Position numbers and translations under genes: made by a program
The notes under the pieces: model-generated
Databases searched by the model: none
What the model was told of the DNA's origin: nothing
Seen by the model: the letters and a program-made list of their open reading frames with translations, nothing else
In this document: piece by piece, positions 9,505-17,840 of the stretch
Position numbering within the stretch: position 1 is the stretch's first letter
Layout of the letters: each line of letters opens with the position of its first letter
Virus record (IMG/VR): IMGVR_UViG_3300030376_005787
Coordinates: 1 to 45,462 of that record
Length of the DNA stretch: 45,462 bases
Reading direction: 5' to 3' (one strand)
From: a virus
Taxonomy: Duplodnaviria > Caudoviricetes

Positions 9505-9576
9505 TTAAGTTTTTCTCCTTTTCTTTTAGTATAGACGGGAAATAAATTTGCTAATATTCCCCGCATATACTTGTAT

Positions 9577-9605
9577 ATTTTATTAATGCTTGAACTAGTA
9601 AGCAA
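9577..9605 (-). promoter_or_regulatory. Sigma70-like promoter for the replication/recombination operon
   Basis: Minus strand TTGCTT-17 nt-TAAAAT, followed by a leader hairpin (~9529-9570) and the SD of the RHH gene. Confidence 0.55.
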
Positions 9606-9694
9606 GTATTATCTTTTATTAAAAGAATTTAATATTACTTCAACAAATGCTAGTATAACTATTATCATTAAAGCAGACTTAATAATTGTTTCTA

Positions 9695-9907
9695 TCATTT
9701 AGCCTCCTTTATTAATTTACCATGCTTCATATTACATTCTTCTTCAATCCAAGCCATAGCACTACATATTTCGTCCCATATATCATCATGGTTATCTACA
9801 CCTTCTGAAATACAATTTTCTCTGTAATCAGATAGTATTCCCCATATGTAATCTACTGATTCAACCACATCAAAATTTGTAGGTGGCTTTGCTTTAATTA
9901 TTTTCAT
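9695..9907 (-). CDS. Acidic early hypothetical protein
   Basis: ORF track; AAGGAGG SD; ATGA coupling. Confidence 0.7.
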   Translation of the reverse strand: MKIIKAKPPTNFDVVESVDYIWGILSDYRENCISEGVDNHDDIWDEICSAMAWIEEECNMKHGKLIKEAK

Positions 9908-10098
9908 TTAGCCTCCTTTTTCGGTATTTGATGCTCTCCAAAGATATTAATAAATATTTCTAAAACATCTTCATTGTCCCAAGAATCCCATCCCATTGTT
10001 CCAAATAACAATGTTTCATGTAATTCTTTTTGTGACATTGACTCAGCCTCTCTGCGAGCCAACATATCTTTCATTTCTGCATAATTAGGTTTTTTCAT
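9904..10098 (-). CDS. Early hypothetical protein
   Basis: ORF track; SD; ATGA coupling. Confidence 0.7.
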   Translation of the reverse strand: MKKPNYAEMKDMLARREAESMSQKELHETLLFGTMGWDSWDNEDVLEIFINIFGEHQIPKKEAK

Positions 10099-10334
10099 TT
10101 TTCCTCCTTTAGGCTTTTTATATTTACAAAAACAACATCTGCTAGTTTATTATATCTTATTTTAGCTTTATTAATATTTAGTTCTAATAAATCTTCTCTA
10201 TTTGTAGCCATACCAAAACCAAAATTAAAATCATTAACCCTAAAATCCTTATTTTCTGCAAATGCTTTTATAACGTCTTTTTTATTTTTATATATTCTAT
10301 AAGTTTCATGTATTTGTATTGATTTGTTACTCAT
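10095..10334 (-). CDS. Early hypothetical protein
   Basis: ORF track; overlaps neighbours on the same strand. Confidence 0.7.
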   Translation of the reverse strand: MSNKSIQIHETYRIYKNKKDVIKAFAENKDFRVNDFNFGFGMATNREDLLELNINKAKIRYNKLADVVFVNIKSLKEEK

Positions 10335-10599
10335 TTATTTTTCTCCCTTTTTTAAAAACACTATCAACATAATCAAAAAATTCATTCACTCCAAATACAT
10401 CTTCATCAAACAAGTGTTTAGAATTGGCTTTACTTGTTTGTTCTATCGCTAACCTCATATTTATCCAATGATTAATAGTGTCCCAATCTTGTGTAAATAT
10501 GTATTGTTTTCCCATATCCTCAAAAACACCAATTTCTTCTAAAGTATTTTGAGAAGTTTCTCCATCTTTAAAGTATTTCTCTATTATTTTATCATCCAT
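10327..10599 (-). CDS. Acidic early hypothetical protein
   Basis: ORF track; GGAG SD. Confidence 0.7.
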   Translation of the reverse strand: MDDKIIEKYFKDGETSQNTLEEIGVFEDMGKQYIFTQDWDTINHWINMRLAIEQTSKANSKHLFDEDVFGVNEFFDYVDSVFKKGRKINE

Positions 10600-10686
10600 C
10601 TATTCTCCAATCGTCTTTTGATAGCATTATGTATGCAATCGCCATTACAGCTATTGCTATTGCTATTATTGTTATTGTTGTTATGT

Positions 10687-10887
10687 TCATTCACCTCTCC
10701 ATTCTTTTAGTCTATAATCATAAACATTTTTAGTTTTAACTTGTGGTTTAGGTTGTTTTTTATTTACTTGTATTTCTTCATGTGCTTGTGTTAAAGCCCA
10801 TTGAGCCTCACTTATATGCAGACATTCTAGACATTTCTCATCATCAAGAATTTTACATTCTTTTTGGTGTTCTATAATCCATTTCAT
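10687..10887 (-). CDS. Early hypothetical protein (Cys/His-containing)
   Basis: ORF track; GAGGAG SD; coupled to neighbours. Confidence 0.65.
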   Translation of the reverse strand: MKWIIEHQKECKILDDEKCLECLHISEAQWALTQAHEEIQVNKKQPKPQVKTKNVYDYRLKEWRGE

Positions 10888-11108
10888 TTTTCCTCCTCTA
10901 TCTCTACATATTCCTCTGTTATTTCACCAACTCGCTTCAACAACATAGATTCTAATTCTATCCATATTTCTTGTTGTAGGTATAATTGCATTGCCTGTCT
11001 TAAAGGCTCTCTATCTTTTTCTTCAGAAGCATACCATTCAATAAAGTTAATTATTATTAACTCTCTTATTACATATTGATTTCCAACTATTTCATCATCG
11101 TATTTCAT
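10884..11108 (-). CDS. Acidic early hypothetical protein
   Basis: ORF track; start moved to MKYDDE. Confidence 0.6.
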   Translation of the reverse strand: MKYDDEIVGNQYVIRELIIINFIEWYASEEKDREPLRQAMQLYLQQEIWIELESMLLKRVGEITEEYVEIEEEK

Positions 11109-11283
11109 TTGGCTTCCCCCAATATTTTTCAGGTTCATCATCATTTAAATCACAAGCAATTAATATGTCATTTAAAATTCTAAGCCTATGACTATCAAAA
11201 TCTTCGCCTATATAAGTGTTAATAAAGTCATTTGTGCTTTCTTCTATCCATTTCAACCTTTGCTTTAATTGTTCTTTTTTCAT
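11095..11283 (-). CDS. Early hypothetical protein
   Basis: ORF track; GAGGAG SD. Confidence 0.65.
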   Translation of the reverse strand: MKKEQLKQRLKWIEESTNDFINTYIGEDFDSHRLRILNDILIACDLNDDEPEKYWGKPNEIR

Positions 11284-11434
11284 TTACTCAACTCCTCTGC
11301 TTTTTGTAAGATTTCTATAACTTCATCTATGGTATAATAAATTTCATGAAAACTTATTCTATTATCACCATATTCATTAAAACTCGCTATTTTTTCTTTG
11401 CGTTCTAGTATTACAAAGTTCTTTATTTTTTTCA

Positions 11435-11695
11435 TTAATCTAACCTCGCCTCTCCACTTAAAACCATAGCATCTCCAACTATGGTTCTGTTTGCTTCTTC
11501 TGTTGCATCTACATTTATTGGTTTACCTTTTAATAAACCTTCTTCATCTACAACTATTTGTTTATTTCCGTAATGGACTATCTCTATGTATCCACCTACA
11601 AATTCCTGACATTTTTCTAATGTAGGTTTTTCATCTTTCTTATCAAGATACAAAGTTAAGTGTTCTGCGTTTTCGCTTGATAGTAACATTCCCAT
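11435..11695 (-). CDS. DUF3846-like protein
   Basis: PTLE..QEFVGGYIEIV...VDEEGLLKG.PIN..A....IVGDA. Confidence 0.75.
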   Translation of the reverse strand: MGMLLSSENAEHLTLYLDKKDEKPTLEKCQEFVGGYIEIVHYGNKQIVVDEEGLLKGKPINVDATEEANRTIVGDAMVLSGEARLD

Positions 11696-11696
11696 T

Positions 11697-12029
11697 TTAC
11701 TCTCCTTTTTGTTTTATTTGTTTAGGATTAAATACCATTTTTAACCAAAATGGATATACTTCATCTCCTCTATCAAAATCAGTTATAAAATCATTTATTG
11801 TGAACCAACCTTCAGGATTTTTAGGTTCAATATTACATATAAGTTCTCCAAATTTATTATCGTAACTATACACATTAATACTATCACCATGTACTCCAAC
11901 AAAAACTGCTTCGTCAAAATATTTTTGAATTGATTTATTTAAAGATAAAGCAATAGGACAATCACACTCATCCTGCTTTACACCTTCTTTAATATGTTTA
12001 TTATTTACTTTCATTAGTACTTCTTTCAT
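11697..12029 (-). CDS. Early hypothetical protein
   Basis: ORF track; AAGGAG SD; I..G.....CPIAL motif. Confidence 0.7.
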   Translation of the reverse strand: MKEVLMKVNNKHIKEGVKQDECDCPIALSLNKSIQKYFDEAVFVGVHGDSINVYSYDNKFGELICNIEPKNPEGWFTINDFITDFDRGDEVYPFWLKMVFNPKQIKQKGE

Positions 12030-12046
12030 TTTACTCTCCTTTTTTA

Positions 12047-12343
12047 TTAAAATACTGATATTATAAAACTTTCTTCATTTATTGGTATTACTATTGTTTC
12101 ATTTTCTATATCTTCAATTGTTTCGTATTCTTTACCATATTCATCTTGAAATTCTTTTAGGTTATCATACTCGCAATATTCACAACAAAGCCCGATAACA
12201 TCAAGTTCTATCTCTTCCCCTGTTGCATCTTCAAATTCCTCTAAATGCTCAAATAAGGCTGTTAATCCCTCATATGTGAATTGATTAGGTCTAAACTTCA
12301 TAAACGCATCTACAAATGCTTGTTCATTGATTACTATTTTCAT
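12047..12343 (-). CDS. Highly acidic conserved phage protein
   Basis: F.DAF...R.NQF.YEGL.ALF...IELDVIGLCCEY.EY; very Glu/Asp-rich. Confidence 0.7.
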   Translation of the reverse strand: MKIVINEQAFVDAFMKFRPNQFTYEGLTALFEHLEEFEDATGEEIELDVIGLCCEYCEYDNLKEFQDEYGKEYETIEDIENETIVIPINEESFIISVF

Positions 12344-12700
12344 TTATTTTGCCTCACTTTCTTTTGGGAACATTAATCCATTTTCCCATCTTGTTAGTTC
12401 ATTATTGTATATTCTTCCATGAATTATTGACGCTAATCTATATCTATGATTATCATCTAGACTCGCATACCAATCGCCAAAATTATCCTGCATCATTTTA
12501 AATTTACCAATTGCATAACCACCATAATCTTCTTCTTTTGTTCTGTTGTGCATTTGCTTCATATATTCATCTCCCATAACATTAAATGCCCATTTTCTAG
12601 TTTCGTGTATTATTTCTGATATTTCTTCTATTTTTCTATCTTTATTTGTTGGTTTGTAATTGTTATGATAGTCTATTTTTGTTATTTCTTTTTCTTTCAT
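12344..12700 (-). CDS. Early hypothetical protein
   Basis: ORF track; AGGAG SD. Confidence 0.7.
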   Translation of the reverse strand: MKEKEITKIDYHNNYKPTNKDRKIEEISEIIHETRKWAFNVMGDEYMKQMHNRTKEEDYGGYAIGKFKMMQDNFGDWYASLDDNHRYRLASIIHGRIYNNELTRWENGLMFPKESEAK

Positions 12701-13026
12701 TTATAAGTCTCCTGTTTCTCTTAAATGAACATTTATTGCCCATTGTATTTCTGTTATTTTCATTTCTACATCATGTATATCAATATCTTGTTTTATGCTT
12801 TCTAATTCTTCTAAAATATCTTTTTTAGTAGGTTGATTTATAAAATACAATTTTGTTCTCATTTTATTTGTTCTCACTTTCTTTTTTTTCGATTAACAAG
12901 GCTATTTGATTATAGCTTAAATTTTCCATAATTTGCCCATAATACCAACAAATATCATCTATTTCTGATTTAGTATAGCAATTATAAAAGTTCATTTTAT
13001 TGCTCCTTTAGTTAGTTATTATAAGT

Positions 13027-13182
13027 TTATCCGTTTTGAACATTATGAATTTCATCATCAGTTAGTTCAATATTATAATCTTGTTTAAATTGTTCTTTAA
13101 GTTTTATAACGAAATCTTCTTTATTTTTCGCCTCAAAACTTGTTCCCCAATCTATTCTAATATTTGCATAGTATTCTTTCAT
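13027..13182 (-). CDS. Early hypothetical protein
   Basis: ORF track; start moved to MKEYY, downstream of GAGGAGG. Confidence 0.6.
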   Translation of the reverse strand: MKEYYANIRIDWGTSFEAKNKEDFVIKLKEQFKQDYNIELTDDEIHNVQNG

Positions 13183-13183
13183 T

Positions 13184-13441
13184 TTATTCCTCCTCACTTT
13201 CACAATAACATTCATCTATTTCTTCTTCACAATCATCACAACATTCATACTCTTCTTCTTCTACTTCAAGTGGATACCAAAACTCTAAACAAAAACTATT
13301 CCAACAATCTATATCGCCACATATATATGTTCCGTATGGTGTTTCTGATATTTCTACTTCTGTTGAATCTTGCCCACAACCATATTCACATTTATATTCT
13401 TTTGCACAAATCCCATTAACTACTTCTCTTTTCTTTAACAT
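13184..13441 (-). CDS. Cys-rich, very acidic small protein
   Basis: Start moved to MLKKRE; CEYGC...YICGDIDC; tail EEEEYECCDDCEEEIDECYC. Confidence 0.65.
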   Translation of the reverse strand: MLKKREVVNGICAKEYKCEYGCGQDSTEVEISETPYGTYICGDIDCWNSFCLEFWYPLEVEEEEYECCDDCEEEIDECYCESEEE

Positions 13442-13442
13442 A

Positions 13443-13682
13443 TTATTCCCCTTCCTCTTCAAATATGCTCTCACCTCTTATACAATTAAAAATCCATTTA
13501 GGTGGAACATTTTTCATTTGTTCCTTTTCATCTGTTTGAAACACATGTTTTTCTATTGCAACAATAACTGCCATTGCACCTGTTAAATAATCTATTTCAG
13601 ATTCATTTGAGCCACGTCTAATTCTTGTCTTTAATGTAGCTTCTACATCTTTTATTATTTTTTCAGCTAATTGCTTATCCAT
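13443..13682 (-). CDS. Early hypothetical protein
   Basis: ORF track; same strand and tightly packed with neighbours. Confidence 0.65.
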   Translation of the reverse strand: MDKQLAEKIIKDVEATLKTRIRRGSNESEIDYLTGAMAVIVAIEKHVFQTDEKEQMKNVPPKWIFNCIRGESIFEEEGE

Positions 13683-13860
13683 TTTCTTTTCCTTTTCTTT
13701 TAAGATTGTTTTTTTTCATATAGTTTATTTGTTTTCTTTTAATTATTAATTTTTCTTTTAATGTTTTTATTTCTTTTTCTAAATCTTCATATGATTGTGG
13801 CGGGAACATTTCTGTAACCTCTGAATCCACAACCCATTTTATTTCTTTATCTTTTTTCAT
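13675..13860 (-). CDS. Early hypothetical protein
   Basis: ORF track; start moved to MKKDKE. Confidence 0.55.
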   Translation of the reverse strand: MKKDKEIKWVVDSEVTEMFPPQSYEDLEKEIKTLKEKLIIKRKQINYMKKNNLKRKGKENG

Positions 13861-13877
13861 ATTATTTTCCTTTTCTT

Positions 13878-14138
13878 TTATTTTCTGTATTGTTCTTTTA
13901 AATTGTTCCAATTTGCATGTATATATTTATCTGTTAATGTTACTACAAATGGAAAAAATGAGCCTTCAAAGTATTTTATCCAATAGACTCTATCTTTATA
14001 TATAAATTGGCTTAAATCAGCATCTACTTGCGGGAATACGCTATATTCTGATTGGCTTATAAGTTTTCTTTTTTCCATTGCTTTTAAAGTTCTTCTATCT
14101 TTTACTATTTTCCATTTATTAAAATTTCCTATTATCAT
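13878..14138 (-). CDS. Early hypothetical protein
   Basis: ORF track; no clear SD. Confidence 0.55.
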   Translation of the reverse strand: MIIGNFNKWKIVKDRRTLKAMEKRKLISQSEYSVFPQVDADLSQFIYKDRVYWIKYFEGSFFPFVVTLTDKYIHANWNNLKEQYRK

Positions 14139-14146
14139 ATTGATAT

Positions 14147-14180
14147 AAAAAAAACCCGCACAAATTAATGTACGGGCTTT
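14147..14180 (-). terminator. Rho-independent terminator
   Basis: Minus strand AAAGCCCGTACA-TTAATT-TGTGCGGG followed by T8, downstream of 14193..14633. Confidence 0.8.
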
Positions 14181-14192
14181 AGTCCTCTCTAT

Positions 14193-14633
14193 TTATTGTT
14201 GGTTATGAGCTTGAAAGTTATTCATTAGTTTTTTAGCAGGTGCTTTTTTTTCTACTTCTGTATCTGCCTCAACTTTTACTTCTTCTAGCTCTTTTATTTT
14301 TGTTCCCCATTGGCCTGTAATGTTTGTAGCATCATTAACACGAGTTTCTGCTTCATCACAATAACCAATTGCTTCTTCTGCTTGGTCTCTAACATCTTCT
14401 GCATGATAACGGGCATCATTAATATTAGAGTTTGCTTTTTCTACTGCATAAGTTACTTCTTTTATTTCTTCAATAGTAGCAATGCCAGTGTTCGCAGAAT
14501 TATCTAAATCAGTTACTACTTTTACAAGGTTTATTCTTTCAGTTTCTAATAAATCACATAATTTATCCACTAGTTTACTATCATCTATTAGTCCTTGAAT
14601 TGCTCCTGTAACATTTCTCGTAAAATCATTCAT
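14193..14633 (-). CDS. Coiled-coil hypothetical protein, first gene of the leftward arm
   Basis: AAGGAG SD; heptad-like Ala/Glu-rich sequence. Confidence 0.75.
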   Translation of the reverse strand: MNDFTRNVTGAIQGLIDDSKLVDKLCDLLETERINLVKVVTDLDNSANTGIATIEEIKEVTYAVEKANSNINDARYHAEDVRDQAEEAIGYCDEAETRVNDATNITGQWGTKIKELEEVKVEADTEVEKKAPAKKLMNNFQAHNQQ

Positions 14634-14639
14634 TTTTTT

Positions 14640-14786
14640 TCTCCTTGTTTATTATAGGATTATTGCGTTGTTGCAATATGATAATATAGATATAATATAC
14701 TTAATAAACAAAATAAATAAATATATGTATATATATAGAAAAGTGTTATATTAGATGAGTGTAACAAAAAATAAAAAGGAGTAATT
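14640..14786. promoter_or_regulatory. AT-rich divergent promoter region
   Basis: Strand switch between leftward and rightward genes; TATATT boxes on both strands. Confidence 0.55.
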
Positions 14787-14963
14787 ATGAAAAAAACAGC
14801 GTTTGTAATTCTTAAAGATAAAATAGACTCTGCTGATGTTAGAATGACTAAATTCAAGAGTAAAATATATAGTTATAATTTTGAGCTAAGAATAAAGATT
14901 CAAACTCTTGAAGATAAAATAGAAAAATTACAAAACAAGTTAAATGAAAAAAGGAGTAAATAA
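14787..14963 (+). CDS. Small basic hypothetical protein (58 aa)
   Basis: Manual translation MKKTAFVILKDKID...; AAGGAG SD. Confidence 0.65.
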   Translation: MKKTAFVILKDKIDSADVRMTKFKSKIYSYNFELRIKIQTLEDKIEKLQNKLNEKRSK

Positions 14964-14964
14964 T

Positions 14965-15123
14965 ATGTTTGAAGATGAAACAGGATTAATATTATGCCAC
15001 TATTGCGAAGAAGAAGCAGTAATAACTATTACAGGCATTAGTGACATGTATCTATGTGATGATGCACATTGTGCGCAACAATGCTTATATAGTGAATTAG
15101 GTGAAGAATCTATTGAGTATTAA
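14965..15123 (+). CDS. Small Cys-rich acidic protein (52 aa)
   Basis: Manual translation MFEDETGLILCHYC...YLCDDAHC; AAGGAG SD. Confidence 0.65.
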   Translation: MFEDETGLILCHYCEEEAVITITGISDMYLCDDAHCAQQCLYSELGEESIEY

Positions 15124-15170
15124 TAGGATAACTTATAAAACAAGTGAATAATAAAAAGGAGTATATAATA

Positions 15171-15485
15171 ATGAAGTATAATACAATAGGAAGTCATAAA
15201 ACAAGCGTAGTAAATGATAATAATCAATTATTAGTTACTTATCACTCAACAATCGTAGTAAAAATAGTAAATGATAGATATGTTATACTTAAATCTGATG
15301 ATTGGCTAACTAACACCACTAAAAGACGCATGAATCAAGCAAGCAATGAATACAGATTAAATTACAGAGTATTTCAAAAAGGTTGGGCTTGGTTTGTTGA
15401 AACGCCCGAAGGTACATTTGATTACTATGAAGGTATAATAATAGATAAATTTACAGGAAGGATATTAAAAAGCTTACCTTGTTAG
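15171..15485 (+). CDS. Conserved phage hypothetical protein
   Basis: AAGGAG SD before ATG 15171; VTYHST.VV...TTKRRMNQAS..Y...VFQK..W.V. Confidence 0.7.
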   Translation: MKYNTIGSHKTSVVNDNNQLLVTYHSTIVVKIVNDRYVILKSDDWLTNTTKRRMNQASNEYRLNYRVFQKGWAWFVETPEGTFDYYEGIIIDKFTGRILKSLPC

Positions 15486-15518
15486 TCACACTCTAACAAT
15501 CCCCCGCAATAACCGCAC

Positions 15519-15558
15519 AAAAAAAGCCCCGACTATAATGGTTGGGGCTTGTCTTTTT
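15519..15558. terminator. Probable bidirectional rho-independent terminator
   Basis: A-tract, then AGCCCCGACT-ATAAT-GGTTGGGGCT, then a T-rich tail. Confidence 0.75.
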
Positions 15559-15745
15559 CTCTAAATAATGTAAAATATTGTTAATGCTTATAAGAATTAT
15601 CCGAATTTTCAACCTAATAGTCGTGGGTGGGCAGGCACATCATGGGGGGGTGTGCATATAACAAAACACCCACACGCATTCTAATATTATTTTTTAAAGT
15701 TTTCCCTATTATTTCTCTTTACAACTTATTATTAATACTTAAATA

Positions 15746-15978
15746 TAGTTTCTGTGGTGAGTTTTGGATAGAGACCATCTATTCCCCTATACAATAGTAA
15801 AGGAGGATAGCCTCTAAAATCTAGTTTCTGCGGAGCCGCTTCACTTGATAGGATAATCGTTTCTGTTACTGGCTCAATTATCTTCGACTTGCCTTTGGCT
15901 GTGTAACTCATTCCCCTTCTAGTAGCCAACTTAACATTGCTATACCCTAGAAGTTTTTAACCAACCAGTATAGCATAC
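15746..15978. ncRNA. Candidate structured non-coding element upstream of terS
   Basis: Several stems, a possible pseudoknot and three GTTTCTG repeats, in a GC-elevated intergenic stretch. Confidence 0.4.
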
Positions 15979-16037
15979 CAATATTACTAATAATAAATCT
16001 TGCGTGCAATAAATATTTATTAGATGTATATTATTTT

Positions 16038-16793
16038 ATGGAAATAAAAACTATAAAAGGCGTTGAACACAGGTTATATGACAGTTATGCTGAGTTTAGG
16101 GCTTTTCAAGGTTCTTTAACGCCTAAAGATAATTGGCGTGAAGGCGATGCGGGAGATTGGGTTTATACAGATGACCATCATATTGTACAGATATTGAAGG
16201 TATTTTACATTTCTGTCCCAGGAACTGATAAAAAACGTAAATGTGTGCGCACAATATGTGGTAGTTTTGTCTGTGGGCAGAAAAGTGCGGAAATATTAGG
16301 TGAAAAGGGTGTTGCAGAGAATATATACACGTTTTCAGGTAATTATGAGTCAATTAAAAAAATCCGCTCTACAAAATTATCCTCTAAAAAGCTATTATTT
16401 GCTAAATATGTAGCAGCGGGGATAGATATGGAAGAAGCATACAGTAGAGTTTACCCAAAAGCCAATGATAAGCAATATATTAGAAATGCTGCAAATAAAT
16501 TATTACAACAAAAAAAGGTAATGCAAATGGTAAAAGAAGAAATTTCCTTGATTTTAAAGGAAGAAGGTGTTACACCTGAATATATTATACAAAAGTATAA
16601 AGATATAGCTGATGTTTCTGAAAGGGACCAAGATAGGCTTAGAAGTTTAGATGCTTTAGCTAAAATGTCTGGTTTATTTAACACAGAACAGAAAAAAGAA
16701 GAATTAACTGTATGGGCTGGTTTTAGTCCAGAACAATTGGAGGCGATTAAAGGTGAGCAGACCAAAGTACTTGCACATAAAGAAAAAAAGTGA
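16038..16793 (+). CDS. Putative terminase small subunit with N-terminal extension
   Basis: First late gene; HTH-like KKLLFAKYVAAGIDMEEAY...AANKLL; oligomerisation-like DRLRSLDALAKMSGLF. Confidence 0.65.
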   Translation: MEIKTIKGVEHRLYDSYAEFRAFQGSLTPKDNWREGDAGDWVYTDDHHIVQILKVFYISVPGTDKKRKCVRTICGSFVCGQKSAEILGEKGVAENIYTFSGNYESIKKIRSTKLSSKKLLFAKYVAAGIDMEEAYSRVYPKANDKQYIRNAANKLLQQKKVMQMVKEEISLILKEEGVTPEYIIQKYKDIADVSERDQDRLRSLDALAKMSGLFNTEQKKEELTVWAGFSPEQLEAIKGEQTKVLAHKEKK

Positions 16794-16992
16794 TATAAAA
16801 AGTAATCATGACCCTTGTCCAGTTTGCGAAGAAAACTTATATTATGATGAGTTAGCAAGCAAAAGAATAGGTGTTATAGAGAAAAATGGCGATATAGACT
16901 CATGGAAATGTCCTGCTTGTTATTCAGAGTTTGATTTAGACGATAATATTTTGTATATTTATGGTAGTGAAACAGAAGGTGGACAGGCATAA
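16753..16992 (+). CDS. Small zinc-ribbon protein
   Basis: CPVC...WKCPAC. Confidence 0.65.
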   Translation: MSRPKYLHIKKKSDIKSNHDPCPVCEENLYYDELASKRIGVIEKNGDIDSWKCPACYSEFDLDDNILYIYGSETEGGQA

Positions 16993-17240
16993 TGATAGAT
17001 AAAAAGATTTCAATTGGCTCATTATTAACGATTGGTACGTTATTGGTAGGGGCCGCAATATCTTATGGCACAAGTTCTAACCAAATTGAAAATATTGAAG
17101 AAAATCATAACAAGACTGTCAAAAGGGTTAAAATAAACGAAGACTCTATCGTTGATTTAAAAATTGGTGTAGCCAAAATAGAAACTAAACTTGATGACAG
17201 ATTTAATAGGCTAGAGGAATTGCTAATGGAGATAGAATAA
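16992..17240 (+). CDS. Membrane-anchored coiled-coil protein (possibly lysis-associated)
   Basis: N-terminal TM segment ISIGSLLTIGTLLVGAAISY followed by a coiled coil. Confidence 0.6.
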   Translation: MIDKKISIGSLLTIGTLLVGAAISYGTSSNQIENIEENHNKTVKRVKINEDSIVDLKIGVAKIETKLDDRFNRLEELLMEIE

Positions 17241-17273
17241 TGTCAATACCTCTTGTAAACCCATACAAACAAG

Positions 17274-17636
17274 ATGACTAATAAAAGTTCGCCAAGAAGT
17301 GAAAAAGGAACAAAGTTGCGAGAACTTATCGCTATGTTGAGAGAAGAAGAACTTGGTAAAAGAGAAAATCCTAATTTTTTAGACTTTTTTTTAAATCCTT
17401 CTAAATTTGGAGGAGATTTATATACTTTCTATAATCCACATAAATTACAAATGAGGTTAGATAAAGATGATATATTTAGAGAGTTTTATGATAGACAAGT
17501 TACAACTCCTAAAGGTGAAGTTACATCTAGACCTTTAGATAGCATTGAATTAATTCAAAGGCAGCTAGAAAGAGGTGTTGAGCCTGAATTGCCTGAATTG
17601 CAACCTTTAGTAGAAGCTTTAAAGGGAAGAATATAA
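17274..17636 (+). CDS. Hypothetical protein
   Basis: ORF track; preceded by a coupled 13-aa mini-ORF at 17240-17281. Confidence 0.6.
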   Translation: MTNKSSPRSEKGTKLRELIAMLREEELGKRENPNFLDFFLNPSKFGGDLYTFYNPHKLQMRLDKDDIFREFYDRQVTTPKGEVTSRPLDSIELIQRQLERGVEPELPELQPLVEALKGRI

Positions 17637-17840
17637 ATGATAATACCTAAAATGCTTATAAATCAAGTTGCTGGTTATTTGACAAAACACTTTAGACTAG
17701 ATAAAGTTATGTCTTACGTATTTGACGATAACGAATTAGATAAAAAAGTAGGTGAAATGGAAAAACGCCTTAATTTTTTAGAAAAATTAGCACATACACC
17801 TAAAAATTTTAAGTGTAATTACAATAATAAGGAGAAGTAA
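17637..17840 (+). CDS. Hypothetical protein preceding the endolysin
   Basis: ORF track; abuts both neighbours. Confidence 0.65.
   Translation: MIIPKMLINQVAGYLTKHFRLDKVMSYVFDDNELDKKVGEMEKRLNFLEKLAHTPKNFKCNYNNKEK

Noticed and set aside
15830-15885. HDV-like or hammerhead ribozyme
   Set aside because: Pseudoknot-like pairing exists, but the HDV P3/L3/P1.1/J4-2 elements and the hammerhead CUGANGA core are not evident.
15732-15929. 65-aa minus-strand ORF
   Set aside because: No SD, non-ATG start, and isolated orientation. The region is better explained as structured non-coding sequence.
17240-17281. Frameshifted or pseudogene start for 17274..17636
   Set aside because: A 13-aa mini-ORF overlapping the next ATG fits translational coupling equally well. 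It cannot be resolved without reads.
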